DNA of 64,000 nt from Strigamia acuminata. Its lineage: Eukaryota. A program made the translations under genes and the position numbers. The notes below the pieces were generated by a model that had not been told where the DNA came from, ran no database searches, and saw nothing but the letters and a program-made list of their open reading frames with translations. This document shows, in pieces, positions 1 to 12,700 of this stretch (the stretch's first letter is position 1; the number at the start of each line of letters is the position of its first letter). The stretch lies in the NCBI GenBank assembly GCA_949358305.1, contig OX442314.1:20274001-20338000 (forward strand), read 5' to 3'.

Positions 1-3000
1 CGTGGTACACTGCTCAACATTTTCGATCCATTTTTGCAACTTGCCACTATCCTCCTCTTCGTCGTTCACGTATTTCACTTTCATAATTCCCTGTAAAAAG
101 CGCGGTAGGACGTTGGCTTGCGTCTCCAGAAGACAGGGAATTAAATCCTGGATCCCTGTGGCCGTCTGAAGACGCTTTTCCCACTGACTCAAATTGGGAA
201 CTCCACCTAACACCCCCTTCCGTAATCGAACTTCGGTCTCGGTCAACTCCTTCTTGAAAGCCTCCAACAGCTCTCTGTCGCCATCGGACGGTTTCAATAA
301 CAATTGTTGAATTCTGGCAACGAAAATCAAAATAAATCGCAAAATTCTTCACAAAAAAAATAATAAAACACTAAAAAAAATCACTTTTTTAAATTGAACG
401 TCCGGGAAATCTCGCTTTGCTTCTTCTTCAATTTATTCAATAAATGTGACTCTCTAATCCCATTCGGGGCTAATGATTTCATCAAAGCTTCTACGTCACT
501 CATCTTTTTATAATGGAACCACAAATTCTGCCCCATCACAGGAAATCTACAAATAACCTCAAAAAATTAAACTTAATTCGGAAAAATTAATTTCTCTCGC
601 TCACGTTAAATCCTTATCGGTGTTCCGGTTCTTCAAACTCGACAAAGGTTCGTCGTCGCTGTCAGACACATCGATCACCTCGAATTCTTCTATTTTCTGC
701 GACTGCGTCGTGTAATCGCTGTGTTCGCTCGCCCAACCCTTTTCCAAATAAAGGCCGATAGTACCGTGCGTAAACAACCAATAACGAGTATGATTTCGAT
801 CATATCCGAGTGACGTTTGCCGTAAAGTGGTACCAGCGGCCAAACTCGCCACTTTGTAACTCTCTTCCAATTCATCTTTACGCGATAATATGTATTTCTT
901 TTCCCGCTCTTTTGACTGCTCTTCGAACAGCCTGAATCAAACGTTATCAAAATTAAAAAAAAAATTCATAAGAAAGCATAAAACTTGAGAAAATTATACT
1001 TGTCTTTCAATTTCCTCCTTTCTTCCAATCTCCTCCTTTCCTCCAACGCAGTCAGGCGACGGCTCGAAAGTAAACGGCTTCGCGGTTGCTCGGCCTCGGT
1101 CTCGGCGGGAGCTGGTGTAACGTTTACATCACTTTTATCTTTTTGTACGAGCGGACTATCCGTTTCAGTAGCAATTGGTGCTGGAGTATTTTTTTCAGAA
1201 ACGTTTTCCTCTTTTTCTTTTCCATCGTCGTTCGGTTTCGCCTTTTCATCTTTAGCCCACTGTCCTTTACTCAACGTAATTAATTTCTTTTGTTCCAATA
1301 AATCTTTCCTGGAATAATTTAAAAATAAATTAAACGACAAAAATAAATATAAATTTAAATTTATATCAACCATATTTGTGATGCATTTTTATGCTTCTGC
1401 TCCATGTAGTCCTGCACGGAGTAGGAGTTCATGATTCGGTGACAAATACCGATTATAATGCTTAATTTGTGTTGTGGAATCAACTGATAAAGTTCTGACG
1501 TTTCCAACTGAGATAAAATATTCTCCGGCTATTTTCCAAACCAAAATAAATAATTAACAAACTGAAATTTTCGGTACAAGCAAAAAAAAAATAATTATCA
1601 TCTTACAACATCTTCAATTTCCTCAGTCGGTTCAGCACCACCCACATTTATTTCAGTTTCGTCGTGTCTACGAAGACAAAGACGAACCAATTCCGAGGTA
1701 GTGTGAATATTGATGGGTAAATCGGACAGACGAACACCGAGTTCTTCGTAATCGTCCGCAATGCGATCTTGCAGTAATGTTTGTAATAAAATTAGCAGAA
1801 TCCTCGATAAATACCCAAAACCTTCGTTTCCCGAACCAACAGCTTTCATTAAGAGATCTAATTTTAAAAAAATTAAAATTAAAATTAACAAAAAAAAAAA
1901 AAAAAAAAAAAAAATTTCGTACCAGTTTGTACTGGATATGGCTCATTAGGCAACAGTAATCCGGAATAAGAATTAATAAATTCGACGATCATCACAATAT
2001 CTCCGAATAATTCGTTAGGAACCCCATCGGGCGTAGGAACAAGCTCTACTTCCGGTAAAGGCCGCAAATCAAGTGTTTTATCTTCTACTAACTATAAAAA
2101 CGCAACAAAAATAAATAAATAAATAAGCAAAACTATTCCAATAAAAAACAATTGTGTGTTCTTAAAAAAATTCATACTGATGGTTTTTTTTCTGCCACTT
2201 TCAAAAGCATTTCCTTTTCTTCTTTCGTCATTGCATCGCTAACCAAAATAAATAAACAACTGTTTAGCATAAACCACCAACTAGGTGAAACAATAATTCA
2301 ACTTTACAATTTAGCTTGTGACTCCTTGAGTGCAATTCTTCGTTCCAACCGATTTCTCACCAACTCTGGTAACTTCTCAATTTGTTCTTTCGTTAAAGTA
2401 ATAAGTAACCGATCAAGCATATACGCCACATTTTTATGTTTTGGTTCCTTCAACTGTGCCATAATCCTATCCGAATAAGAAATCAACATTAAACTAAATC
2501 CACAACAACAAATCCTCCGCCTTTAGAATTACTTTTCTATATACATCACTGTTCCCGAAGGCGTCAAAGGTTTCAAATTCTTCTTCCTCTTAACAGGATT
2601 TTGACTGTTGGGCTGCAATAACTCCTTCCCTTTCTCCTCGCCTTTCTTCGGGCTCGCCTTCGCTCCTTCCTCGCCCTTTTTCGGCGTTCTTTTCACCTTC
2701 TCGGGCGATTTTTTCGCCGGGCTTCTTTTGCCGGGCGACTTCACTTTATAATTCTTCATCCGCGAGAAGTCCAATAACGTCACCTGCTTCATTTTCTGTT
2801 TTTTCCCATTCAAATTGTCCTTGGTAGACGTTTTACACATTCCGTTTCCAGTCTTCTTTTTCTCTCCGACGCTTTTCTTCTTCTGAGTATTATCCGATGC
2901 TCCGTCTTTCGTCTCTTTCGCAGCAATTTTCTCTCCTTTGCTTTGTCTCTTAACTGGCGATTTCCTTTCATCTTCGGGCATCTTAAATTGCTTTAATCTC

Positions 3001-4787
3001 ACAACGGGTTGATTATTTGCATTTAATTTACTCTTATCTCCAATAGGGGTCACTTTCTTATTCTTCTTGGGTGAGCTGTAACTGTGATCGGTTTCCGGTG
3101 AATTGCTCGACTTTTCCTGATTTTTAAAATCCAACTTAAGTTTTTTTTCTGGCGTGATTATAATACAATCATCATCACTGTCGTTCGAAGCGATTTCAAG
3201 CTTCCTCACGATTCCATTCGACTTTTTCGAGCTACTATTAATCGTCGGCTGGTTTTTAACGGAAGGCGTATCGAGCTTTACATGTTTACGATGAAGAACT
3301 TCCGTATCGGTGGATCCTTTCCGTTTTCTCTCACTACCGATCGCTTCCTATAAAAATGTAATGGATAAAATATTAAATAAAATTTGTGAATAAGTTGTAA
3401 TTTATGCGTACCTTAGTTGGAGATGATTTCGTCGGCGTTTCCATCAATTTATTGGCTAGCAGGTACTTTTTAACCAATTTCTGATCCACTATCCACGGAC
3501 TTGCAGGACTCGTACCGTGTCGAAACGCATGAGTACGGATAAAAAGTTTTAACGTGTCTTTACTTGGAGGACGATCACAACGACTGTAATAAAAAAAATA
3601 AAATAAATTCTTTTAACTCTGAAAATCAATTACCGGTATCTGATTTCATAATTTTGTGGTTTGTTTGGCATTAAGTTTAAACAAAAAAGCAAAACCCTAA
3701 CATCAATCATCACAATTTATAAATAAAAAAATATATATATATGTATTCATTATTACGTTAAATCTTCAGCGGGAACAGCACTGATAATTTTATCTTCATC
3801 AAATAATCGTATATTATATTTATAAGGGAGTAATTTCAGTGGATATTTTCGAGGCGAAGTGTCGTTATGATTAACATCTGTGTTGTCCGAATTTTCTTTA
3901 TCACTACATGGAGACATACCATTTTCCTAAAAAAAAAAAATAATAATAATAAATAATCAATTTAAAAAAAATCAATTTTAATTCAACATAAACAACTAAT
4001 TCTAAAAAATACTAACATCCTCCTTTTCGATCGTGAGCACTCTTCCTTTGATTACACGACCACCATTTTTCACCTTAAATTGGACATGATCGCCCGGGAA
4101 AAACGTGGTGTTTATCTTAATGTACGCTTGATCAGTCAAGGATTCCAATGGCTGTGTACCTACACAGCAAAAAGAAGCAAAGAAAACAACATTAATCCGA
4201 TAAATTAATGAAAAGAGATCAACTATTTTACTGTTATGAACGATCTGTAAAACAGGTTTTTCTAGGTACTCCGGATACATCTTTTTAAGCTGTTGTTTTG
4301 CATCTCGTTCCGATTTCCACGCTTCTTCATGAGTTAAATTAACGTGGCGTGTGCTTTGACAAGTCCACACCTTTTCGTTATATAGGTCGATTCGTTTTGT
4401 ATATTCGCTGTTTTAACACGTTAAGGAAAATGTCTTAGCAACGCACATTCATTTCTTTAAAAAAAGAAAAGAAAAATATTATACAACTCTTCTTTACGCA
4501 TCAACAAATAGAAAAGTGCACAGTGAATGATATTACGAAGTGAATTTGGAATGATTACGATCGAATTAAGTAAGCTGACAAGCAACCGCGGTTGTTTAAG
4601 TTTATTGGCGCGAAATCGGCCATCTTTGTTGTCACCCAAAAGGCTTAAGACAGATTTGCCAGCAAAAAGGATACTCTTTAGATTGGAAACACTCGTTCGT
4701 GTGTTTTATGACATACACTGGTGCTTTAGGGTTGATCGAGATGAGTGGTTTGACCAAATGATGAATTTTTTTACCCAAAAGCGGCAT
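1..4787 (-). CDS. BAZ1B: Williams syndrome transcription factor / BAZ1B-like chromatin remodelling subunit; multi-exon, 3' end beyond window start
   Basis: ATG at 4787 gives MPLLGKK..., then a WAC domain (IKHTNECFQSKDEYTKRIDLYNEKVWTCQSTRHVNLTHEEAW), a DDT domain (FGDIVMIVEFINSYSGLL) and WHIM/WSD-like motifs (LGYDRNHTRYWLF; LAPNGIRESHL). Exons are joined by GT-AG introns. Confidence 0.9.
4408..4674 (-). other. U12-type (minor spliceosome) GT-AG intron, intron 1 of BAZ1B
   Basis: Donor GA|GTATCCTTTT; branch point TTTTCCTTAAC (4420-4430) about 10 nt before the acceptor AG. Removal restores the WAC reading frame (SK-D-EYTKR). Confidence 0.9.
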
Positions 4788-5261
4788 TTTCTTACCGCGG
4801 CGTAGAAAACTCGCGCAATCCTTGACTGGGTTCAAAAACGGCGGGACTCCGAACTTTCTTTGTTTATGATTGGTTCATTTCAGCAATAAAAATAAAATAA
4901 GCAAACGCATATGTAGTTTTACGTTAATACTAAATTTTTATGACTATCATTTATTAATTATATAAATTTAATTAAGATTATTTTATGTAGTCTTGTTTTT
5001 TTTGTTTTTGTTTTTTATTTTGATCTTGAAATTAACTGCTGAATCAATTTACTAGCTGGTGACACTAAGGCCTGATTCGAGGACATTAACATCATATTCC
5101 AATGATAAAATTCATCTTAAAAGCCATACAAAATTCAACATTATTTTATTTTCAGACTAACAGTTGGTATGACTTACATTATTAAAGTTGCAAAATATGC
5201 ATAAAATATCAAACTTTTTATTTCTTCTTCGTTTTAATTTTATTTCACAACTTGCCTAATT

Positions 5262-5273
5262 CAAGATGGCGGC
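5262..5273 (+). promoter_or_regulatory. YY1/Pho-like motif in the BAZ1B-SGF29 divergent promoter
   Basis: CAAGATGGCGGC matches the YY1 consensus and lies between two head-to-head genes. Confidence 0.5.
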
Positions 5274-5487
5274 GAAATGTTTTCGGATCTCGCAGTGTCA
5301 AAACGAACAGCCTCACACTCTATTTATGCGGTAAACTAAAAGAACCATCTATTTAAACAACAAAAAAGTATTTAAATATGTATTAAATTCTAGTTATTAG
5401 CAGCTTTCTGCATTATCACTTGGACGTATGTAATCAACGCCGGTCTTCAGCTAAGCAAAGTGTATTTGCATTTGCAAGGTCACTGAA

Positions 5488-6656
5488 ATGGGTCGTGTGA
5501 ATGTTTCAAACCGTCCATCGTCCAGTCAAAGCAGTAGCGGAAGCAGTAGTGGCAGCGCCATATCAAATGCTATTGCAAGTTTATCCGCTTCCTCATCTTC
5601 CGCGAGCGGCAATTCGCAGCAAGGCGATACCTTAGTAACTGCAGAAAAACTCAAAGAACTGAATCGATTAATTCACCAATGTCACGACGAGAAAAACCGA
5701 AGCGAACACAATTTAACGAACATTGCTAAAACCCACGAAAGAATGCAACAGGAAAAGAAATTGTCACCCTACTATAAAGTAGTTTATTTAACCCCATCTT
5801 CGACCGTAAATAAAAGTGAATTTTATTCTTCAGACTAAACTAAAAGGATTGTACAACACTGCCATGCAAGATGCAGAGAGCGAAGCAGAGTTATTGCGTA
5901 AAGCGTTGGATAATATTACAGATATGCGTGCTGCGAGAATTGAAAAGCGCATCCAAGCCAAACATTATGGCAGTAGTATTTACTTTTATTCGCCAACACT
6001 TTAAATTTAAACCTAAACTACACTGCAATATTTCAGATCGTCCCAAGGAATCGATCCGTAAAGGATTCTTAATGAAGATTTTGCAACAAAACGCCCTAAC
6101 TATCCCATTGTGGACGGGAAAAGTTGATGAAAAACCGCCGCCATTGTGTGGCGCGATCCCCTGCGACAGTAATTACATCGCCAAAGTGAAGGACATGGTG
6201 GCTGCGCTGGTTAAAGGCATCGACGGCGACGAAAATTGGATTTTAGCCGAAGTTGTGTCGTATAATCACAGCACGAATAAGTAGAAATGTTGTACGTTGA
6301 TCGTAATTTGCGTAAATCAACGGAATGTGTGTTTTTTCAGGTACGAAGTTGATGATATCGATGAAGACCAGAAAGAACGGCATACAGTTAGTCGTCGTCG
6401 CATCGTTATCTTGCCACTGATGCGAGCGGATCCGGAAACCGATTCGGATGCGTTGTACGAGGTTGGCACCTTAGTGTTGGCGTTGTATCCGCAGACGACA
6501 TGTTTTTACCGAGGCGTGGTTCACGATCGGCCTAAAGGGCCTCAAGATGACTATCTGGTGTTATTCGAAGATATATCCTACGCTGAGGGATATTCGCCGC
6601 CATTAATTGTGGCGCAGAGATACATTATGCCGTGGAAAGAAATAAAGAAAAAGTAA
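5488..6656 (+). CDS. SGF29: SAGA-associated factor 29 (tandem Tudor H3K4me reader), 4 exons, Ser-rich N-terminus
   Basis: RSEHNLTNIAKTHERMQQE...YYKTKLKGLYNTA; KPPPLCGAIP; ENWILAEVV; YEVDDIDE; VLALYPQTTCFYRG; VLFEDISYAEGYSPPLIVAQRY. Confidence 0.95.
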
Positions 6657-6791
6657 TCACGCAACTAAATGCTATTTATTTACAATCTGAAATTTTTATT
6701 CATTTCAGACATTTTTAAGCTATGTACTTTTATCTCATCTAGTATTATGTTAATTAAATCTGTGAAATTGTACTTTTTTTGTCTCTTTTTC

Positions 6792-7755
6792 TTAATCCAA
6801 AAACACTTTACGGTTTTTGAAGCCTCGATCGGCGTAATCCCAAGGATGTTCACGTTCGGGGGGTCTTGGAAAAGTCGGCTCACCCTTGAAAAATAGAAAT
6901 ATATCAAGAAATTAAATATTAAATGTGAAAAACAACAACAAAACTCACGGGCCAACTTTTCGGTTTTATCGTCCACACGCGCCAGCCTCCTTCTCTAGTC
7001 CAATCCTAAAATTAAAAAGAAATTAATATAATTATTTAGCAAAAAAATTAGAACACTTCGGGTAAGGTTTATGCGACTTTTAGCAACAGACACATTCTTA
7101 CAGATCTCGGTGTCCCGAATGAGGACAAAATAAACAAAATGGCAGCGTATCATCAATGTTAATTCGCGATGCTTTGACTGCAGATAACTCGATAAATATT
7201 GGCGTCACAATCAAATTTTATTTGATTTCCCGATTCAAAATACCGAGGTCTATAAGAATGTGTCTGTTGCCAAAATTTGCTTTGGATTCCAAAAACTTCT
7301 CTTACATTTTGATGATACTTGAAATAATAATGAACAGCATAAATACTCCCGAAAATCATCAAAAATTTAGGTGTGTAATAACGAATTGATTTAGCCCAAG
7401 CTTCACCCTGTAATGAAAACAATTTTTAATAGAAAAACGGCGCGATAAAACCCGAATTGTTTACCACGACGGGTGCAATAAGCATTCGAATGCCGTCCCA
7501 CGGAGCTCGGTAAGCGCGTCTTATTGGATTTCGAAATAAAGCAAACCATTTTTCAACTTTTTCGTCGACTAATTGGTCAGGATTAATCGACCTCTCCGGT
7601 TCACCGGGTTTTAACACTTGATCTTTGACCCATTGAGCTCGCCATGCTCTTTCGTCGGGGGTCATTCCCTTTCCCGAAAGCCGTTGTCTCTCATCTTGCA
7701 ACGTATATTCTATCAACATCGGCCTCCTTCGAGCAAATTCCTGCTCGCCAGACAT
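6792..7755 (-). CDS. NDUFB6: NADH dehydrogenase 1 beta subcomplex subunit 6 (B17), 4 exons
   Basis: GMTPDERAWRAQWVKDQVL...NPIRRAYRAPWD; TM segment ending YYFKYHQN/DWTREGGWRV; last exon GEPTFP...DYADRGFKNRKVFLD*. The first in-frame ATG is 7755 (the ORF track starts at a GTG). Confidence 0.88.
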
Positions 7756-7876
7756 CTTGTCTGTTTTTTCGTGTTCCTTTCCTGAGTAATCGATATAATC
7801 GTACGCCACGAATCGATATGTTCTTACTCAGTAGAATTCTTCATTAACTCGATTTATTTATGTAGTCGATTATTCG

Positions 7877-7884
7877 TATCGATA
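7877..7884. promoter_or_regulatory. DRE (DREF/BEAF) element upstream of NDUFB6
   Basis: Perfect TATCGATA, with further ATCGATA copies near 7789 and 7812. Confidence 0.5.
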
Positions 7885-8182
7885 TTATGGCTTAGATACC
7901 AGCGCCAGCTCTGGACAATACATGAGAACTATTTCCCCAATCTGTTTGCGTGACAAAAATTAATGGAAAATCGGAGCAATGGTTTTAAATAGTTTATTAA
8001 CAATTGTGAGTAGAGTAACTATCTTACAAAAATATGCCAGAATGAATTAATGGAAATGAAAATGGATTTTCCGGTCGAAATAAACTCAATTTTTTTTTCT
8101 TTTTTCTCTGTTTTATACAAGCAAAATCGAAATTTCAGAACTCCCAAGCAAAATATTCGGAAGATTAAGATAAAAATTCAAG

Positions 8183-9754
8183 TTAAGTTGTTTCTTCTTT
8201 AACTTTCTTCATCCTCTGAACTGGACTCTGTGAATTAGTGGCGGAACTATTAATCGGAGGCAGTATCTGTTTAATCGGCGGTTGAGTCGCCCTTTGCATA
8301 GGGGGAGAGGAGGAGGGAGACTCTCTCCCTCGCAAGCTGACGCTTTTCGATGTCACTTTTCTCAGCGGCGTAATCGGAGGCGCAGTCAGTTTCCTCGCCG
8401 TTTCCGGTCGATATTGGAGCAGCCTCGAAGAAGTTCTCAATCGTCTGGCGGCAAAATCGTCTTCCGTGGTCGAAAGTACTTGCTGTTGCTGGTTAAACAT
8501 CGGTGAAACCCTCATTCGACCGATGTAATGGTAAATTTCATTGAAAGTGAAAAACTGACAAAATTGGATGAAAATTATGTGAAATAAGTATCAACAGTTA
8601 GGCTTAAAATGTTATTTTACTTACTGCCAAACTCGTTAAAGGCAGAGAGGTAATTAAAAAAAGTTTCTGCAAAAAAATTTGGGATTGATTATTCTTTCTA
8701 TATTGTTATTCGATACTTACAAAGTTAATAAAATGCACTAAGAAGGCGACTAGAATGGCAAGTACTATCATTATTATTCCTGCACACCATGGAATTAAAA
8801 CGTGAAGCATGTACTGTCAAATAGAAGATAACTTTTTATACACGGAATATGTTTAAATATTAATTGCATTCGAAAATTAAAACCAACTTGGTTTTATTTA
8901 TAGATTAATTGTATTGTAAATTCATATTTAATTGGTTAATGGCTTGGCCGGATCAAGATCAAGAGAATGACATTTTTTTTATTGCAAACTTTATTGGGAA
9001 CGTTTTGACTATTAAAACGCAAAAATTGACCATTTTAGCAATAAAAAAATAAATAAAAACTGACTTTGTCGCACAAAAATAAACTATTTAAGGAGAAATG
9101 AAATTTTTGGTAAATAAAAAAAGGCAATTTTTGTGCGAAAATCAACTATTTTAAACCAAATTGCGTTTTTTTTTCTGCACGACCGAGTAGATTTCAATTT
9201 TCAAATTGTGCAAACTTATACCTTCCTTAATCGTTTTGTATCGATCATTAAAAAAGATACGAACATCAACATGCATAACACCAGAATAAGTCCCACGGCT
9301 ATGTTTAATTTCTTATCTGCAAAAAATAAATAAATAAATAAAAACATGTTACAAAAAGCTGAAACTTTATCCTATTATCAATTAGTATTTACATTCAAGG
9401 CGGTCCTCTTGGAAGACTCCGTACATTATAAGGCCGAAACCAGACAGTGAAAGGAGGACCAACCAGATCTAGAGTTGAAAAAATGAATTTAGTAAATACT
9501 CCTCGATCTTAATGTGTAGAAAACCTTACAAGACTGTAAACATAATAATATTTAAAGCAAGGAAAGGAAAATCGTCCACTTAAGATAACGCTTCTCAATT
9601 TGTGGGCAGATTTCAACTCGGGTAATTTTTCCGGTGATGGAGTTGGAACTTCCGGCACAAAATATTGGTTATAATAGTCCTCATCCGTAATCGACGGGTC
9701 ACTCGCCACATATCGAGCAAAACAATTTTTCAGACAATTTGAATTGCACGCCAT
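8183..9754 (-). CDS. Uncharacterised multi-pass membrane protein (about 4 TM) with a basic Ser/Pro-rich C-terminal tail, 6 exons
   Basis: In-phase exon chain: MACNSNC...YYYVYSL / IWLVLLSLSGFGLIMYGVFQEDRLE / YKKLNIAVGLILVLCMLMFVSFLMIDTKRLRK / YMLHVLIPWCAGIIMIVLAILVAFLVHFINF / KLFLITSLPLTSLA / FFTFNEIYHYIGRMRVSP...KEETT*. All junctions are GT-AG. Confidence 0.8.
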
Positions 9755-12700
9755 TTTCTTTCGCTCGCTGCTCGCCGTAGCAACAGAAGAGTTGGACAGC
9801 ACTAACAAAGGAAATCCCTAATTTCGTCTAATTTACTTTGTCATTGCAACCAATAAATTATATTTGATATATGATTTAACAAATTATTAATAATTATTTT
9901 TTTAAAAATTCGATTGGGGCAGATTTTATTAAAATTTAGATGTCATCCTGCACCTAATTATTTTTTAATCGAAACCTAGTGATAAATTTTGAAAACCCAA
10001 TGCGATCAAAATACGGTACGTTATTTATTTCATGTTTTGTTTATGTTTAGTGTGTTGTTTTCGTATTACATCTAATCTATAGATGTAATAAAATTTTTGA
10101 TAAAATCAATTTTTGTCGAGTTATTCAAGTAAAACTCACCGAAAACCAATTCTTATAGGATGTCGCCATTAACAAGACAGAGACACCTGGTGTTTGACAC
10201 AGGGCAAAATAAGACTTTTATGAACAGTATATTGTCATGAGAAACTTCTTTAGAATTGCATACATTTTCATTTCAAATTGATTTTTATGTATAATAAAGA
10301 GCTGTCTTGAAACATGAAGATTTAGTCTTTCGTTTTTTTCTTTAACAATCTAATCATTCTAATTTAATTATGTAATTTCTTGCACTGCACTTGTAAGTTG
10401 GCCATTTAATTTGTTTAAAATAGAACTGGGGCTTCTTTGTCTAATTTAATCTTTAATTACTGTGGAATTTTTAACCATAATAAAAAAAATTGCAATCTAA
10501 TTTCGATCAAAACCTTTGCATTACAAAAATTTTTCATCCATTTCACCACTATAAATTTAAAATTTTATAAAAAAAATTACTTCCCTGCATATTATATTCA
10601 CAAAAGTTGATAAAAGTAATAAAAAGAATTTAAGTTTTATTCACAAACATTCACCAGGAAGCAATAAAACAGCCCGGAACCTAACGAGACTTCTCATCCA
10701 GTGATTTCATGGTAAAATGGAATTCACACTTCCATTTTTATTTTTTTTATTATTTTTTGAATTAAATTTTTTTTAAAAAAAAAAAACTCACATATGCACC
10801 AATCGATAGTTGTTTGGTGGGAGAATTGTGACAACTGAGCATTTTCATCGGTGTTCCGAGTGTGGACCTCTCGGTGCGTTTAATGTAAGAAGTATGATCC
10901 AAGCACAAGGCTGAGTTGTGATTGCATTGACCATCAAGCAGCCAAGTCGATGAAGATTCCACCACTCCATTCACTACACAATCGATGTTCAAGGACAGTG
11001 TCATGCAATTGAAAATAAAAATTGGCAAAAGAAAAAAAATTTAATTTTCATGCAAAATGAGGCAGTAATATAATTTGCATAACTGCAAAAAAAAATTCTT
11101 TCAGACATATGTTTTGCTCATGAAAAATGGTGACGGTATGCAAAATGTAAGCAGTTTTAAACATATTGCATGCACTAACACAACAGAAAAAAGATATAAA
11201 TAAAAACGCACGGTCAGCATCAAGTAAAGCAGCAGAAACGACTAAAGATGAAGAAGCAATTTTGCGGTTCCCATAATATTCAAAATGTAAAACAATTTAT
11301 TTGTCGTCAATCAAGCTTACTAATATTTTCATTAATTATTTCTGTTGTTGTGCATAAATTTTTTAATAGTTCTCCAATTGTGAACCAGGGGATAGATTTA
11401 ATCATTAAAATTCAGTTTTTTTTCGTTTAATTTTTGTTTTACTTTTCTTTTTCAACTAGAAATTTGAGGTCTGGAAGTAGATCATGAATTTTAAATGGCA
11501 ATGGATATTTTGAATGAAATTAAATTAAATTAGATACTAATTAATATCTTATCACTAAAGTCTATTCCAATGAATTTTTTGCAACAAATGATTCTTTATC
11601 TTTTATATCACAGATAAGAACACATTTGCAAATCCAAATTATAACATTTTACTTTCGAAAAGCTCAAGTCACTTTGCTCCAATTAATTATTAATAAGATT
11701 TATATCGAATTTTAAATTGCTGGGCAACCTGCACCACCTCAACTTACACTTTAAAAATGCATATTCAAACAAACTTACAAGTAGTAGGTCGGAAACAAGC
11801 AGAAACATACACATTTGCTCTACAAAATACCACGAATAGAAGTGAATGAAATGAATATTAAATGTGTATTCACAGTTGAGTGACTGAAAGAAGGCTGCAC
11901 TGCAAAACACCTACTTATTTTACCATTTCATCCTCTTACTTCTACAGTAATTCAATATCGATCGTGGAAACTAATGATATCCAGCAGATACCGACACAAT
12001 AGGATTTCCTTAATACTTTTTTACATTTAGATGTTCAAACAAATTTCAACATTGTGTATTTATAATGTGATGCCCCTTGATATAGAATAGATTAATTATC
12101 TCCGACCTAATGATCTCTATCTTGGGTCTATAAGTCTCCGGATTTAATCATTTTGTAGCTACTCCAATCAATTCCCTCTATTCAAACAAATTTTCCCCCT
12201 CATAAATAATTAAAAGGTTTGTGTGTTACTAAGGTTATGTAAACACCTTTGCCAAGTGCAAATCAATCAAATTGTATTTGAGGAAGTTGTACAGACCTGA
12301 ATAAATTAACAGGTTTAATTTCACTGAAATCATGGAAACTGTTTCACAACACAGTATTAAATAACTAATCAACAACAACTGCATGAATTTTATTATTTAT
12401 GCGTATGCAGACTGGTTCTAATGAAAGAAGTAACAGTTATAGAATATGAAATTACACTTCATGTAACAGCTGAATAAAATTCCATTCATTTTGCAATGGT
12501 TTCAAGTTATAGTTCAATTTTAAAAGCAAAAAAGCATTTTTTTTTTTATTTCTAGATAATTTAAAATTGTCACTGACCATATTCATTTGGTCATTTAAAA
12601 TGCAAATCATTAAGTTTTAATTTTTTTCATACAAAACATAATTTGCATACGTGTAAGTGTTGACCACTCATTTAAATGACAAAATGGATGCACCTAATAA

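Noticed and set aside
985..1317. Hydrophobic Ser/Phe-rich plus-strand ORF
   Set aside because: Antisense of a Lys/Glu-rich BAZ1B exon.
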